Shown here: piece by piece, positions 42,191 through 52,242 of the stretch
Layout: each line of letters opens with the position of its first letter
Position numbering within the stretch: the first letter of the stretch is position 1
Assembly (NCBI GenBank): GCA_041687695.1
Contig: JAWLBL010000002.1
Span: 294,761 to 358,760 of the forward strand
Direction of reading: 5' to 3'
DNA from: Myxococcota bacterium
GTDB lineage: Bacteria > Myxococcota_A > UBA9042 > PHBI01 > JAWLBL01
Length of the DNA stretch: 64,000 nt
The notes under the pieces: model-generated
Databases searched by the model: none
The model's input: only the letters and a program-made list of their open reading frames with translations
Told to the model about the DNA's origin: nothing
Position numbers and translations under genes: made by a program

Positions 42191-43138
42191 TCAGCGCGGC
42201 GCGCGCGGCTGGGGCTGGGCGCGCGCGGCGGCGTAGGCGGCGTTGGCGCGCAGGCGCGGGTCTGACGGGCGCGCGGCGGCGGCCCGCTCGTACAGGCGGG
42301 CGGCCTCGGGCCAGCGCCCCTCGTCGGCGGCGCGGGCGGCCAGCGCCTCGTCGATGGGGTAGGTCGACCTCAGCACCTCGAGCGCGCGCGCCATCTCGCG
42401 GCGGCGGTCGGGCGTGACGAGCGGGTGCGCGGCCAGCTTCCAGCGCAGCAGGATCTCGCGCTCCTCGGCCGCCAGCAGGGTGTCGGCGGGGACGGTGTCG
42501 CTGACGGCGGCCGCCCAGCGCCACGTGAAAGCGGCGCGCACGACCGGGCCCATGCCCGCCACCACGCGCCCCGTGGCGTCGACCAGGCCCGTGGCGCGCG
42601 CCTCGCTGAGGAAGGTGCCGCCCAGGCGCTCGACCTCGGCGGCGTCGCCGGCCTCGAGCGCGGCCATGAACCGGTCGACGAAGCGCTGGCCCAGCCCCAT
42701 GTACGGCTCGGCGCCGACGTGGTGCAGGAACTCGACGGCGCGCTGCTGGTAGTCGGCGGCGGCGTCGGCGAGGCCGTCGCTCTTGCGCGAGCCCTTGTGG
42801 CGCAGATCCGCCGCGTTGTAGGCCAGGTAGGCCTGCGTCAGGGTCTGGACCTGGGGCCGGTCGTCGGCCGGCGCAGCGGCCAGGCGCGCCCGGGCGACCG
42901 CCTCGAGCGCCGTCAGCTCGCGCGGCGTGGCGCGCCAGTCGGGCACCCGCAGGTCCACGTCGGCCGGGGTCGGGCCGGTCACGTCGACCCGGAACACGCG
43001 CAGCGCGGTCGCGGCGCCGCCGACCAGCAGCAGCAGGGCCAGGACGGCCGCCGTCCCGGGCGGCAGGCGCGGCGGGGCGGGGCGCTCGTCGGCGGGCGCG
43101 GGCGCCGGGGCGGCGTCGGTCCGGGCGGGCTGGGTCAT
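42191..43138 (-). CDS. Hypothetical membrane-anchored protein with a TPR-like C-terminus
   Basis: One TM segment; GRWPEAARLYERAAAARPSD TPR-like unit; ATGA overlap with the upstream gene. Confidence 0.7.
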   Translation of the reverse strand: MTQPARTDAAPAPAPADERPAPPRLPPGTAAVLALLLLVGGAATALRVFRVDVTGPTPADVDLRVPDWRATPRELTALEAVARARLAAAPADDRPQVQTLTQAYLAYNAADLRHKGSRKSDGLADAAADYQQRAVEFLHHVGAEPYMGLGQRFVDRFMAALEAGDAAEVERLGGTFLSEARATGLVDATGRVVAGMGPVVRAAFTWRWAAAVSDTVPADTLLAAEEREILLRWKLAAHPLVTPDRRREMARALEVLRSTYPIDEALAARAADEGRWPEAARLYERAAAARPSDPRLRANAAYAAARAQPQPRAPR

Positions 43139-43809
43139 CGCGGCTCCGTCAGGCCTTCGAAGTAGGCGAGGATCTGCGGGTCCGTCCAGTCGCGCTCGTT
43201 GACGAAGCGCGCCAGCACGCGCCCGTCGCGGATGACGTAGGTCTCGGGCAGGCGGCGCGTGCCCAGGCGCGTGCGCATCATCTGCGCCTCGTCGGTCGCG
43301 GGGTCCCGGGCGAGGAGCAGCTCGCGCGGCAGGCCGCCCGTGGTCTTGTTGAAGAAGTCGGCGATGGTGGCCCAGTCCTCGTCGTAGCTGACGGCGACCA
43401 TCAGGAACGGACGGCCGGCCATGCGGCGGCGCAGCTCGCGCATCGAGGGCAGCTCGCGGCGGCAGGGCTCGCACCAGGTGGCCCAGAAGTTCAGGAAGAC
43501 CGTGGTGCCCGGCGGGACGTCGGCCAGCCGGAAGGGCACGCCGCCCTGCTGGGGCGCGCCCTCGAGGGTCAGGGCCGCCAGATCGGCCGGCAGCTCGCGG
43601 TCGACCAGCTGCGCGCCGATGGCGGGCATCAGCTCGCGCAGGCGTCCTCCGGGGCCGCGGGCCTGGATGGCGGACCAGGTCTGCAGGAGGATGAACAGGG
43701 CGAGCGCCACCGCCGAGGCGACGACGAAGGCCTTGCGCGCCGGTGGGGTTTGCAGTGTCTTGGGAGTGGCCTCGCCGGAGGCCGCGTTCGGTGCCGATTG
43801 CGCAGACAT
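43135..43809 (-). CDS. TlpA/ResA-like thiol-disulfide oxidoreductase
   Basis: N-terminal [22 protein letters not shown]. Confidence 0.9.
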   Translation of the reverse strand: MSAQSAPNAASGEATPKTLQTPPARKAFVVASAVALALFILLQTWSAIQARGPGGRLRELMPAIGAQLVDRELPADLAALTLEGAPQQGGVPFRLADVPPGTTVFLNFWATWCEPCRRELPSMRELRRRMAGRPFLMVAVSYDEDWATIADFFNKTTGGLPRELLLARDPATDEAQMMRTRLGTRRLPETYVIRDGRVLARFVNERDWTDPQILAYFEGLTEPR

Positions 43810-43919
43810 CGGTTTGCGCGTACCACGAGGCGGCTCGGGCGCCAAGTCGATCGCCATCAGGTCACGCCACCATGCCGCGGCCGGGAGCACCCGCCGCGGG
43901 CCGAAGAGGGACTGAGGAC

Positions 43920-44948
43920 ATGCTCATCGTCATGCAACCCGACGCCACGCAGGCCGACATCGACGCGGTCATCGCGCGTGTGCAGAGCCTGGGTTACGAG
44001 GCCAAGCCCCTGCCGGGGGCGCAGCGCACGGCCGTCGCCATCACGGGCAACAAGGGGCCGGTGCCGGCCGACCGCTTCGAGAGCCTGTCGGGCGTGCGCG
44101 AGGTGGTCCGCGTCTCGGCGCCCTACAAGCTGGTCAGCCGCGAGGTCAAGCCGGAGCCGACGATCATCCGCTTCGCGAACGGCGTCGCGCTGGGTGGCGG
44201 CAACTTCCATGTGATGGCGGGCCCCTGTTCGGTCGAGAGCCGCGAGCAGGTCCTCGAGACGGCGCACGCGGTCAAGGCGGCCGGCGCGACGTTCTTGCGC
44301 GGCGGTGCCTACAAACCCCGCACGAGCCCCTACGAATTCCAGGGCCTCAAGGAGGACGGCCTGGCGCTGCTCGCCGAGGCGCGCGAGGCGACGGGCCTGC
44401 TGGTCGTCACCGAGGTCAAGGACACCGAGACGGTCCCCCTGGTCGCCGAGTACGCCGACGTCCTGCAGATCGGCGCCCGCAACATGCAGAACCACTCGCT
44501 CCTCGAGAAGGTCGGCCGCCAGGGCAAGCCCGTCATGCTCAAGCGCGGCCTGTCGGCGACCATCAAGGAGCTGCTGATGAGCGCCGAGTACATCGTCAAC
44601 GCGGGCAACCCCAACGTCATCCTGTGCGAGCGCGGCATCCGCACCTTCGAGACGATGACCCGCAACACCTTCGACGTCGGCGCGCTGCACATGATGCGCC
44701 AGCTCAGCCACCTGCCGGTCATCGCCGACCCCTCCCACGGCATCGGCCTGTGGCACGGCGTCCCGGCCCTGGCCCGCGCCGCCGTGGTCGCCGGCGCCCA
44801 CGGCCTCATCATCGAGGTCCACCCGCGCCCCGCCGACGCCCTGTCCGACGGCCCGCAGTCCCTCAAGCCCAAGCGCTTCGCCAAGCTGATGCGCGAGGTC
44901 GCCGCCCTCCGCGCCGTCATGGAGGCCTCCGAGCGCGACGAGGCCTGA
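43920..44948 (+). CDS. aroF: 3-deoxy-7-phosphoheptulonate (DAHP) synthase, type I-beta with N-terminal regulatory domain
   Basis: [51 protein letters not shown]. Confidence 0.95.
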   Translation: MLIVMQPDATQADIDAVIARVQSLGYEAKPLPGAQRTAVAITGNKGPVPADRFESLSGVREVVRVSAPYKLVSREVKPEPTIIRFANGVALGGGNFHVMAGPCSVESREQVLETAHAVKAAGATFLRGGAYKPRTSPYEFQGLKEDGLALLAEAREATGLLVVTEVKDTETVPLVAEYADVLQIGARNMQNHSLLEKVGRQGKPVMLKRGLSATIKELLMSAEYIVNAGNPNVILCERGIRTFETMTRNTFDVGALHMMRQLSHLPVIADPSHGIGLWHGVPALARAAVVAGAHGLIIEVHPRPADALSDGPQSLKPKRFAKLMREVAALRAVMEASERDEA

Positions 44949-45070
44949 GCCAGGTAATCGGTTCCTGCTCGCCTCGCGCGGGAAAATGGCATCGATTCCG
45001 GCGCACCGAGCTGCGTCGCCTGCCGGGGCGCGTGCGAGATCAGGTTGCTCGCGCGTCGTACGGCCCCTAA

Positions 45071-45150
45071 GCCACGGACCACCGCCCCGGCCCCCGGCTA
45101 CCGCCCCGGCCCCGGCCACCGCCCCGGCCCACGGCCCACGGCTACACCCA
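45071..45150. repeat. Short CCACGG/CCCCGG-rich low-complexity array
   Basis: ACCGCCCCGGCCC three times plus CCACGG units; resembles the reverse complement of the 35.3 kb array. Confidence 0.55.
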
Positions 45151-45342
45151 CCGCCCTCCTACGCCCTAACGGCTCAGCCTCGGCCACTTGGCTCGTGGTC
45201 AGCGCGACCTTGCTCGGCTTGCTCCCTGCCTACCAAGCGCAGCTTGCTGCACGTAGACCGGCGGACAGCGGTACAGTCATGCCCTGAGACCGGCCCGACC
45301 CTTGCCCGGCCAGGTCCGCGGCGCTCCCGAGGTTCGTAGTCG

Positions 45343-45660
45343 ATGGCCTCCAACTCGTGCGTTCATTTCGGTCAGGCGCCAGACGGTGTGTCGAGCTTCG
45401 TGATCCAGTCCCTGGCCGGTGACGCCGTCGCTGCCCATCTGCTTGCAAGGAATGCCCTTCAGCCAAGCATCCTGCAGCGGCAGCCTGTGGCTCTCGACTT
45501 CCGCGGGATCGAGGTGGCCACGCAGAGCTTCCTCCATGCGCTGCTGTTCGAAACGCTTCGGCTCGCCTGGGCGCTTCAGGTCGAGGTGTGGGTCACCAAC
45601 GCCGACCCGGCGGTCGAGAGCGGTCTCAAGCTGGTCGAGAACTACGCGCTGTCGGGCTGA
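45343..45660 (+). CDS. STAS-like (DUF4325-like) domain protein, orphan
   Basis: V.LDFRGIEVATQSFLHALL motif; codon usage less GC3-biased than neighbours. Confidence 0.6.
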   Translation: MASNSCVHFGQAPDGVSSFVIQSLAGDAVAAHLLARNALQPSILQRQPVALDFRGIEVATQSFLHALLFETLRLAWALQVEVWVTNADPAVESGLKLVENYALSG

Positions 45661-45665
45661 CGCGC

Positions 45666-46433
45666 TCAGGCGTCGAGCAGCACGCTCAGGCAGGTGGGGC
45701 CGGCCTCGGCCTTGGCCAGCTCGGACAGATCGACGGTGACCACGTCCAAACCGCGGGCCTCGAGCAGGGCCGCGGTCCGGGGGTGGGCGGCGGGGACGAG
45801 GACGCCCGCGGGGCCGGCGAGGACGTTGGCGGCCCAGGGCTCGGCGGCGGGGACCGGTTCGATCGGCAGGCCGGCGAGTCGGTCGACCTCGATCCAGGCC
45901 GGGTTGACCAGCAGGACCCCGTCGCCGGTGGCCGCGCAGGCGGTCTTGAGGTGCAGGCAGCCGTGGACCCCGACCGGGACGACCTGATAACCCAGCGGCC
46001 GGGCGACGGCGGCCAGGGCGGCGATCCCCGCGTCGTTGGTGCGGGTCGAGCGGCCGACGAACAGGCGCCGGCCGACGCGCAGCACGTCGCCGCCCTCGAG
46101 GGTGGCGGGCGCCTCGAGCACGACCCGCGGGCGGTCGTCGGGCAGCGTCTGGGCCAGGGCGTCGACCTCGGGCCGGCGCGAGGCGGCGCCGGGGCGGGTC
46201 AGGACGAAGACCTCGGGCAGCGCGACCAGGGCGTCCTCGACGAAGACGCTGTCGGGCAGCGCCTCGAGCGGCGGCAGGCAGGTGACCTCGAGGCCCAGCG
46301 CGTCGAGGCCGGCCGCGTAGCCGGCGTGCTGCAGCGCGGCGAGATCCGGGTCGATGGCCACGCGGTCGAGGTAGGTCAGCTCGCAGGCCGCCAGCGAGCG
46401 CGCCGGGCGGCGGATCAGCGCGCGCGCGGCCAT
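45666..46433 (-). CDS. Dimethylarginine dimethylaminohydrolase family protein
   Basis: PDSVFVED, SRRPEV, LEGGD, LHLKT, KAEAG.TCLS. Confidence 0.9.
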   Translation of the reverse strand: MAARALIRRPARSLAACELTYLDRVAIDPDLAALQHAGYAAGLDALGLEVTCLPPLEALPDSVFVEDALVALPEVFVLTRPGAASRRPEVDALAQTLPDDRPRVVLEAPATLEGGDVLRVGRRLFVGRSTRTNDAGIAALAAVARPLGYQVVPVGVHGCLHLKTACAATGDGVLLVNPAWIEVDRLAGLPIEPVPAAEPWAANVLAGPAGVLVPAAHPRTAALLEARGLDVVTVDLSELAKAEAGPTCLSVLLDA

Positions 46434-47314
46434 CGGGCCTCGGCGGCGGGCGTGGGCTCGGCGGGCGCGGTCTCGGCGGGCGGAGCCAGATCGGGCAGGC
46501 CGGCCTGGGCGCGCCAGGTGCGCTCGCTCTCGCCGAGCTCGGCGATACGGTCCTTGATGCGCTCGGCGATGCGGACGTAGGTGCGCTGCTCGGCCGGCTC
46601 GGCGTACAGCTCGGCGAGGTCCATCGGCGCGCCGAAGACGATGGTCACGGGGTCGGCTTGGCCGGTGAAGTTGCCCACGACCTGCCGCGGGAAGTCGTTG
46701 GACAGGCCCAGGATGAAGGCCGGCAGCACGGTGGGGCGGGCGCCGTGGGTCAGGCGGCCGATGCCCGGGTTGGCCGGCAGCAGCGTGTAGGGGTCGGGCG
46801 TCTTGTTGCGCGTGCCCTCGGGGTGGTAGCCGACGACCGCGCCGCGGCGGGTGGCGACCTGGGTCAGCGCGTCCATCGTGTAGCGGTTGAAGGCGCGCTT
46901 GTCGGGGGCGCGCAGGACGGGCGGGTACATGGCCAGGCCCGCCATGACGGCGTTGACGACGACCCCGCCGGCGCCCTCGTAGAAGTAGTTGCTGCGGACG
47001 GGGAAGTACATCTCGCGCACGAAGTCGGTCCGGCGCAGCAGGACCGAGGCGATGACGTACATGTCGAAGAAGCTGCGGTGGTTGGACGCGATGACCAGGC
47101 CGCCCGCGGGATCGAGCGACGTCAGGTGCTCGGCGCCCTGCACGTGCAGGATGTTCTTGGTGCAGTGGTGCACCCAGGCGGCGCCGGCGGTGCGCAGGAA
47201 GGCGTGCGAGGCGCGCTTGAGGCGCGGATCGCGGTTGAAGCGGTCGGCGACCTCGAAGGTCAGGCGTTCCCGCAGGTTCAGGAGGCGGAGCTCGTCGGGG
47301 GTGGGGCGGCGCAT
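46415..47314 (-). CDS. Lysophospholipid acyltransferase (PlsC-like)
   Basis: NHRSFFD (HX4D), HPEGTR, VTIVFGAP. Confidence 0.9.
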   Translation of the reverse strand: MRRPTPDELRLLNLRERLTFEVADRFNRDPRLKRASHAFLRTAGAAWVHHCTKNILHVQGAEHLTSLDPAGGLVIASNHRSFFDMYVIASVLLRRTDFVREMYFPVRSNYFYEGAGGVVVNAVMAGLAMYPPVLRAPDKRAFNRYTMDALTQVATRRGAVVGYHPEGTRNKTPDPYTLLPANPGIGRLTHGARPTVLPAFILGLSNDFPRQVVGNFTGQADPVTIVFGAPMDLAELYAEPAEQRTYVRIAERIKDRIAELGESERTWRAQAGLPDLAPPAETAPAEPTPAAEARWPRAR

Positions 47315-47448
47315 GGCGCCAAGGTGCACCCAAACGGGCGGCGCGTCGAGGGGGTTGCCGACGCGGGCCCGGCGTCCGAGTTCGCGGGGGGCTCGCGGGG
47401 GGCGCGCGGCGCGCGTATGATGCGCGGCCTGTGTGATGGGCGAGCGAC

Positions 47449-49188
47449 GTGGGGTGGGACGTGGGGCGTGGGTTGTGGACACGGCCGTGGCTGGCCGGGC
47501 TCTTGGTGGTGGTCGGGGCCTGCTCGGACCCCGGCGGGGCCGGCCCGGTCGAGGAGGACATCGGCGCGGGCTTCCCGGACGCGTTCCCGACGGCCGACCC
47601 GGGCGGACCGGCGCCCGTGGACGCGGCGCCCGAGACCAAGGAGCCGGGGCCGGACGTCGCGACCGCCGACGTACCGCCGGGAGACGTGGCGGGGCCGGCG
47701 TGCGTCGAGGGGCTGGTGTGCAACGACGGGGACCCGTGCACGGTCAACGACCAGTGCAAGGGCGGCGTGTGCGTGGGGGCACAGCTGGGCTGCGACGACG
47801 GGGTGCCGTGCACGGCCGACAAGTGCATCGGGGGGACCTGTCACAACGACGTCGTCTTCGGCAACTGCCTCATCGGCGGGGTCTGCTACTCCGATCAGCA
47901 GCCGAACCCGCAGAACGGCTGTGAGCGCTGCGTGGCCGCGGCCGCGAGCGGGGCCTGGACCACCGACGCGGCGGCCTGCGACGACGGCGACCCGTGCACG
48001 ACCGACGGCTGCGTGGGCGGCGCCTGCCAGTCGACGCCGGTGAGCTGCCCGGACGACGGCAACCCGTGCACCAGCCACGCCTGCGTGGGCGGCGGGTGCG
48101 TCGCGCAGCCGCTCAACGCGGTGCCCTGCGACGACGGCGACCCGTGCACGGTCGGCGACACCTGCCTGCAGGGTGTGTGTTACGCCGGCGGCGACACGCC
48201 GGCCGAGGTGTGTGGCGACGGCAAGGACAACGACTGCGACGGGCTGACCGACGGGCAGGACGACGACTGCTCGGTGGTGACCCCGCCGGGCGGGTCCTGC
48301 GCCTATCACACCGACTGCTACCCCGAGGGGGTCTGCGCGAAGTGGAAGTCGACCGGCCAGACGGTCTGCAGCGTCCCCTGCGCCGGCGACTCGGACTGCG
48401 CGGCCGGGCACATGTGCTCGAAGGTGCCGGGCAGCGCGCAGGTGGGCTTCTGCGAGGCCGTCCCGACCGGCCTGTCGCCCGCCGGCGTCGCCTGCACGTC
48501 GGGCACGCAGTGCGCCAGCGGCCTGTGCACCGGCGTGTGCGTGTCGGTCTGCATGGACGCTGCGCACTGCCCGGGCGCGACCCTGGCCTGCCAGCCGGCC
48601 GGCGACAAGGCCTCGGACACCCTGGTCACCGTCTGCAGCGCGGTGGTCGGCGGCAGCCAGCCGACTGGCCTCGCCTGCACGGCGGACGGCGTGCAGTTCC
48701 ACAGCGGCCACTGCACGACCAAGCACTGCGATCTGCTGCCCTGGCCGGCCAACGCCTGGTACTGCGCCAACCTGTGCAAGAGCGATCTGGACTGCCCGAC
48801 CCACATGGAGTGCAACATCTTCATGTACGCGGCCTGGCCCAACGCCGCCTCGGTGCCCTACGACCCGCTGTTTTCGGCCAAGACCCACGACACGGTCACC
48901 GGCTGCTACACCTCGGCCAACGCCGGCGGCGCCAAGAAGATCGGCACGCCCTGCGCGCACCCCAGCGAGTGCGCCAGCCAGATGTGCCTGCCGCTGCTCC
49001 CGGGCGACCCGACCCAGTACTGCACGTCCTACTGCGCCTATGACGCCGAGTGCGGCAGCGGCATGGCCTGCAAGCTCGAGGCGACCACCCTGGTCAGCCC
49101 CTGGCTCAACGAGAGCTTCGGGACCCCCGACGATCAGGCCCCGGTCCCCAGCGCCTGGACCCTGGCCCGCCTCTGCAAGTTCGAGTGA
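47449..49188 (+). CDS. Cys-rich surface lipoprotein
   Basis: Lipobox VGAC; CDDGDPCT repeats, one EVCGDGKDNDCDG unit, CxxDxDC modules. Confidence 0.85.
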   Translation: MGWDVGRGLWTRPWLAGLLVVVGACSDPGGAGPVEEDIGAGFPDAFPTADPGGPAPVDAAPETKEPGPDVATADVPPGDVAGPACVEGLVCNDGDPCTVNDQCKGGVCVGAQLGCDDGVPCTADKCIGGTCHNDVVFGNCLIGGVCYSDQQPNPQNGCERCVAAAASGAWTTDAAACDDGDPCTTDGCVGGACQSTPVSCPDDGNPCTSHACVGGGCVAQPLNAVPCDDGDPCTVGDTCLQGVCYAGGDTPAEVCGDGKDNDCDGLTDGQDDDCSVVTPPGGSCAYHTDCYPEGVCAKWKSTGQTVCSVPCAGDSDCAAGHMCSKVPGSAQVGFCEAVPTGLSPAGVACTSGTQCASGLCTGVCVSVCMDAAHCPGATLACQPAGDKASDTLVTVCSAVVGGSQPTGLACTADGVQFHSGHCTTKHCDLLPWPANAWYCANLCKSDLDCPTHMECNIFMYAAWPNAASVPYDPLFSAKTHDTVTGCYTSANAGGAKKIGTPCAHPSECASQMCLPLLPGDPTQYCTSYCAYDAECGSGMACKLEATTLVSPWLNESFGTPDDQAPVPSAWTLARLCKFE

Positions 49189-50540
49189 TGAAGGTCCAGC
49201 GCGTCCTGGAATCGGACTGGTGGGCCGGCCCCGGCGGCCCGGACGTCGCCCCGACGCCCGAGCAGGACGATGCCTTCCGCCAGCACGCCAACGAGGTCAC
49301 CACCCGCAACGGCCGCCTGTGCGCCGTCGGCATCCTGCTGGCGGCCATCCTCTTCTGGCCCACCGACCCGCTGCTCTTCCACGGCGAGCCCGAGATCCTC
49401 TACCACTTCGCCTGGGCGCGCGGCCTGACCGTCGCCTGGGCCCTGCTGACGCTCGCCGCCCTGCACCGCGCCAGCCCCCTGCGCCGCCGCGCGGCCCTGG
49501 TCCTGCTGCTCGGCGCCTGCGGCGGCGCCGCCTCGGGCGCCTGGCACTTCGCCGCCATCACCGACATCCCCGTGGCCCTGTACTACATCATCTACCCGGT
49601 CACCCCGCTGTCGACCATCGTGCTGGTCGGCTTCTGGTGGCGCCTCGCCGGCACCGCCGCCCTCGGGATCGCCTGGACCCTCACCTACCTCGCGCCCAAC
49701 CCCGAGGTCTTCGCCGACCGCTTCTCCTGGTCGATGGTCGCCTTCGAGGCCTTCGTCGTCGTCTTCACGGCCTTCCTTGGCCACACCATCTACGCCCTGA
49801 GCCGCGAGAACTTCCTGCAGCGCCTGCGGCTGGCCACCCAGACCGTCGCCCTCGACGAGGCCCGCGCCCGCTCGGACGAGCTGCTGCTCAACGTCCTGCC
49901 GCCTCCCATCGCCGAGCGCTTGAAGCACGGCGAGCGCCCCATCGCCGACGGCCACGCCGAGGTCACCGTCCTGTTCGCCGACGTCTGCGGCTTCACGCCC
50001 ATGTCCGAGCGTCTCACCCCGGCCGAGCTCGTCCAGCTCCTCAACCGCGTCTTCACCGAGTTCGACCGCCTCGCCGCCCGCCACGGCCTCGAGAAGGTCA
50101 AGACCATCGGCGACGCCTACATGCTGGCCGCCGGCCTGCCCGATCCGCACCCCCACTCCGCCCGCGCCGCCGCCGAGATGGCCCTGGACATGCGCCGCGT
50201 CGCCCGCGCCGTCCGCGGCCCCGACGGGCGCCCGCTGGCGATGCGCATCGGCCTGCACACCGGCCCGGTGGTCGCCGGCGTCATCGGCCTCAAGAAGTTC
50301 GCCTACGACCTGTGGGGCGACACCGTGAACACGGCCAGCCGCATGGAGTCCCACGGGCCGCCCGGGTCCATCCAGGTCAGCGAGGCGACCTACCGACACC
50401 TCGAGGGCGAGTACGTCTTCGAGGCCCGCGGCCTCGTCGAGGTCAAGGGCAAGGGGCGCATGCCGGTCTACCTGCTCCAGGCCCGCCGCGACGCCGCGAC
50501 CCGCCGCGCCGACGAGCTCGCCGACGCCGCCGAGGCTTGA
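49188..50540 (+). CDS. Membrane-bound class III adenylate cyclase
   Basis: About 6 TM; LLLNVLP..IA, FADVCGFT, KTIGDAYM, YDLWGDTVNTASRMES (Lys/Asp ATP specificity); TGATG coupling to the upstream gene. Confidence 0.92.
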   Translation: MKVQRVLESDWWAGPGGPDVAPTPEQDDAFRQHANEVTTRNGRLCAVGILLAAILFWPTDPLLFHGEPEILYHFAWARGLTVAWALLTLAALHRASPLRRRAALVLLLGACGGAASGAWHFAAITDIPVALYYIIYPVTPLSTIVLVGFWWRLAGTAALGIAWTLTYLAPNPEVFADRFSWSMVAFEAFVVVFTAFLGHTIYALSRENFLQRLRLATQTVALDEARARSDELLLNVLPPPIAERLKHGERPIADGHAEVTVLFADVCGFTPMSERLTPAELVQLLNRVFTEFDRLAARHGLEKVKTIGDAYMLAAGLPDPHPHSARAAAEMALDMRRVARAVRGPDGRPLAMRIGLHTGPVVAGVIGLKKFAYDLWGDTVNTASRMESHGPPGSIQVSEATYRHLEGEYVFEARGLVEVKGKGRMPVYLLQARRDAATRRADELADAAEA

Positions 50541-50547
50541 CCCCCGG

Positions 50548-52017
50548 TCACCCGGCGCGCGGCCGCTGGGCGGCGTAGCGGCCGACCAGCTCGACCAGCT
50601 CCTGCACGGCGACCGGCTTCTTCAGGACCCCGGCCAGGCGGCGCGGGTCGGTCTTGCGGGCGATGTTGGGGTCGGCGGTGATGACGGCGACCGGGATCTC
50701 GGCCAGCTGGTCGTTCTGGCGCAGCTCGCTCAGCAGCGCGCCGCCGTCCACCCGGGGCATCCACCAGTCGGTCAGGATGAGGGCCGGCCGCGGCTCTCGG
50801 TACAGCCACGCCAAGGCGGGCGCGCCGTCGTCGACCGCGACCGCGTGGAACCGCTCGTCGGTCAGGACCTCGAGCAGCTGCTGGCGCACGTCGGGATCGT
50901 CCTCGACGATCAGCACGACGTCGCTGCAGGCGCCGCCCAGGGCGTGGCCGATGACGCCGTGGCGCTGCGAGGGCTGGCGCCGGCGCGCCGCGTCGACCCG
51001 GGCCCGGGGGGCCGTCGCGCAGGGGCGAGGCGCGGCGACGGCGAGCCGCGAGCCGCCGAGGTCCCAGGGCGCGGTGGTCTGCAGCGCGCGCGGGCGGGTC
51101 GCGGCCAGGGCTCCGAGCCCGGACGGGCGGGGGCGAGGGTCGGGCGGTGAGATCGCCTCGGGGCGGGCCATCCGGACGAGGCCGCGTCGCACCTCGCGCA
51201 GGGCGCGGGCGTAGCTGCGGGCGCTGCCGGGGCGGGCGTCGGGCTGGGGAGACAGGGCCGCGTGGACCGCTTGCGCGAGGCCGCTGGGCAGCGGGGGCAG
51301 GCCGGGCGGCGGCAGGGGCGCGCTGGGGTGACGCTGGGTGCGCTCGAGCAGCGCGGCCAGGGTGTCGGTGTCGAAGGGGAGGGCGCCGGCGACCAGCTCG
51401 TGGAACAGCAGGGTCGCCGAGTACAGGTCGGAGCGCGCGTCGAGCGGCCCGCCGAAGAGCTGCTCGGGCGAGGCGTAGGCGGGGGTCCCGACGAACGAGC
51501 CGACGCGCGTCAGGCCGGGCCCCTCGTCGTCGATGGCCTTGGCGATGCCGAAGTCGAGCAGCTTGGGGCGTGGCTGGCCGGTCGCCGAGGGCACCAGCAG
51601 GACGTTGCCCGGCTTGAGGTCGCGATGCAGGACCGCCTGCGCGTGGATGGCGTCGAGCCCGTCGAGGATGCCTACCAGGATGTCGAGCGCCTCGGCCCAG
51701 GGCACCGCGCCGGTCGCGGCCAGGCGCTCGTCGAGCAGCTGGCCGTCGACGTGCTCCATCGCGATGCACGGCCGACCGTCGCCCAGCAGCCCGTAGTCCA
51801 GTAGAGCCACGACGTTCGGGTGACGCACCCGCGCCATCAGCTCGGCCTCGCGCTCGAAGCGCGCGGCGGTCTGGGGCCGCACCTGATGGAGGACCTTCAG
51901 CGCGACGCGGTGGCCGAGCCGCGCGTGGCGCGCGCGATAGACCCGGCCCATCCCCCCCTCACCGATGAGCCCTTCGACCTCGTAGCGTCCCAGGACGGTC
52001 TCGCCCGGCTGCAGCAT
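50548..52017 (-). CDS. Hanks-type Ser/Thr kinase fused to a C-terminal receiver domain
   Basis: GEGGMGRVY, VALK, HRDLKPGN, DFG, GTPAYASPEQ; REC VEDD...TDWWMP..DG...ITA...KP. Confidence 0.92.
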   Translation of the reverse strand: MLQPGETVLGRYEVEGLIGEGGMGRVYRARHARLGHRVALKVLHQVRPQTAARFEREAELMARVRHPNVVALLDYGLLGDGRPCIAMEHVDGQLLDERLAATGAVPWAEALDILVGILDGLDAIHAQAVLHRDLKPGNVLLVPSATGQPRPKLLDFGIAKAIDDEGPGLTRVGSFVGTPAYASPEQLFGGPLDARSDLYSATLLFHELVAGALPFDTDTLAALLERTQRHPSAPLPPPGLPPLPSGLAQAVHAALSPQPDARPGSARSYARALREVRRGLVRMARPEAISPPDPRPRPSGLGALAATRPRALQTTAPWDLGGSRLAVAAPRPCATAPRARVDAARRRQPSQRHGVIGHALGGACSDVVLIVEDDPDVRQQLLEVLTDERFHAVAVDDGAPALAWLYREPRPALILTDWWMPRVDGGALLSELRQNDQLAEIPVAVITADPNIARKTDPRRLAGVLKKPVAVQELVELVGRYAAQRPRAG

Positions 52018-52124
52018 GTGTGCCGCCCTCGTCCAAATGCCTGCCTGAATGGAAGCGCCCCGCGCGCTTGGAGGCAGCGCCGCGCGCCGGCCGCCGAAGC
52101 GCTGGGGAACACCGCTCGAAGCGT

Positions 52125-52140
52125 CGTCACGTTCGTGACG
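52125..52140. promoter_or_regulatory. Perfect palindrome upstream of the kinase gene (candidate operator)
   Basis: CGTCACG-TT-CGTGACG. Confidence 0.35.
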
Positions 52141-52242
52141 GGCCGAGCCTCCGACGGTTCGCCCCCGGCGGGCAACGTCCCGGGCGTAACCGTGGCGGAG
52201 GCCCGACGACGTCACCCGCACCCGGGGCGTCGTCCCTGGACG

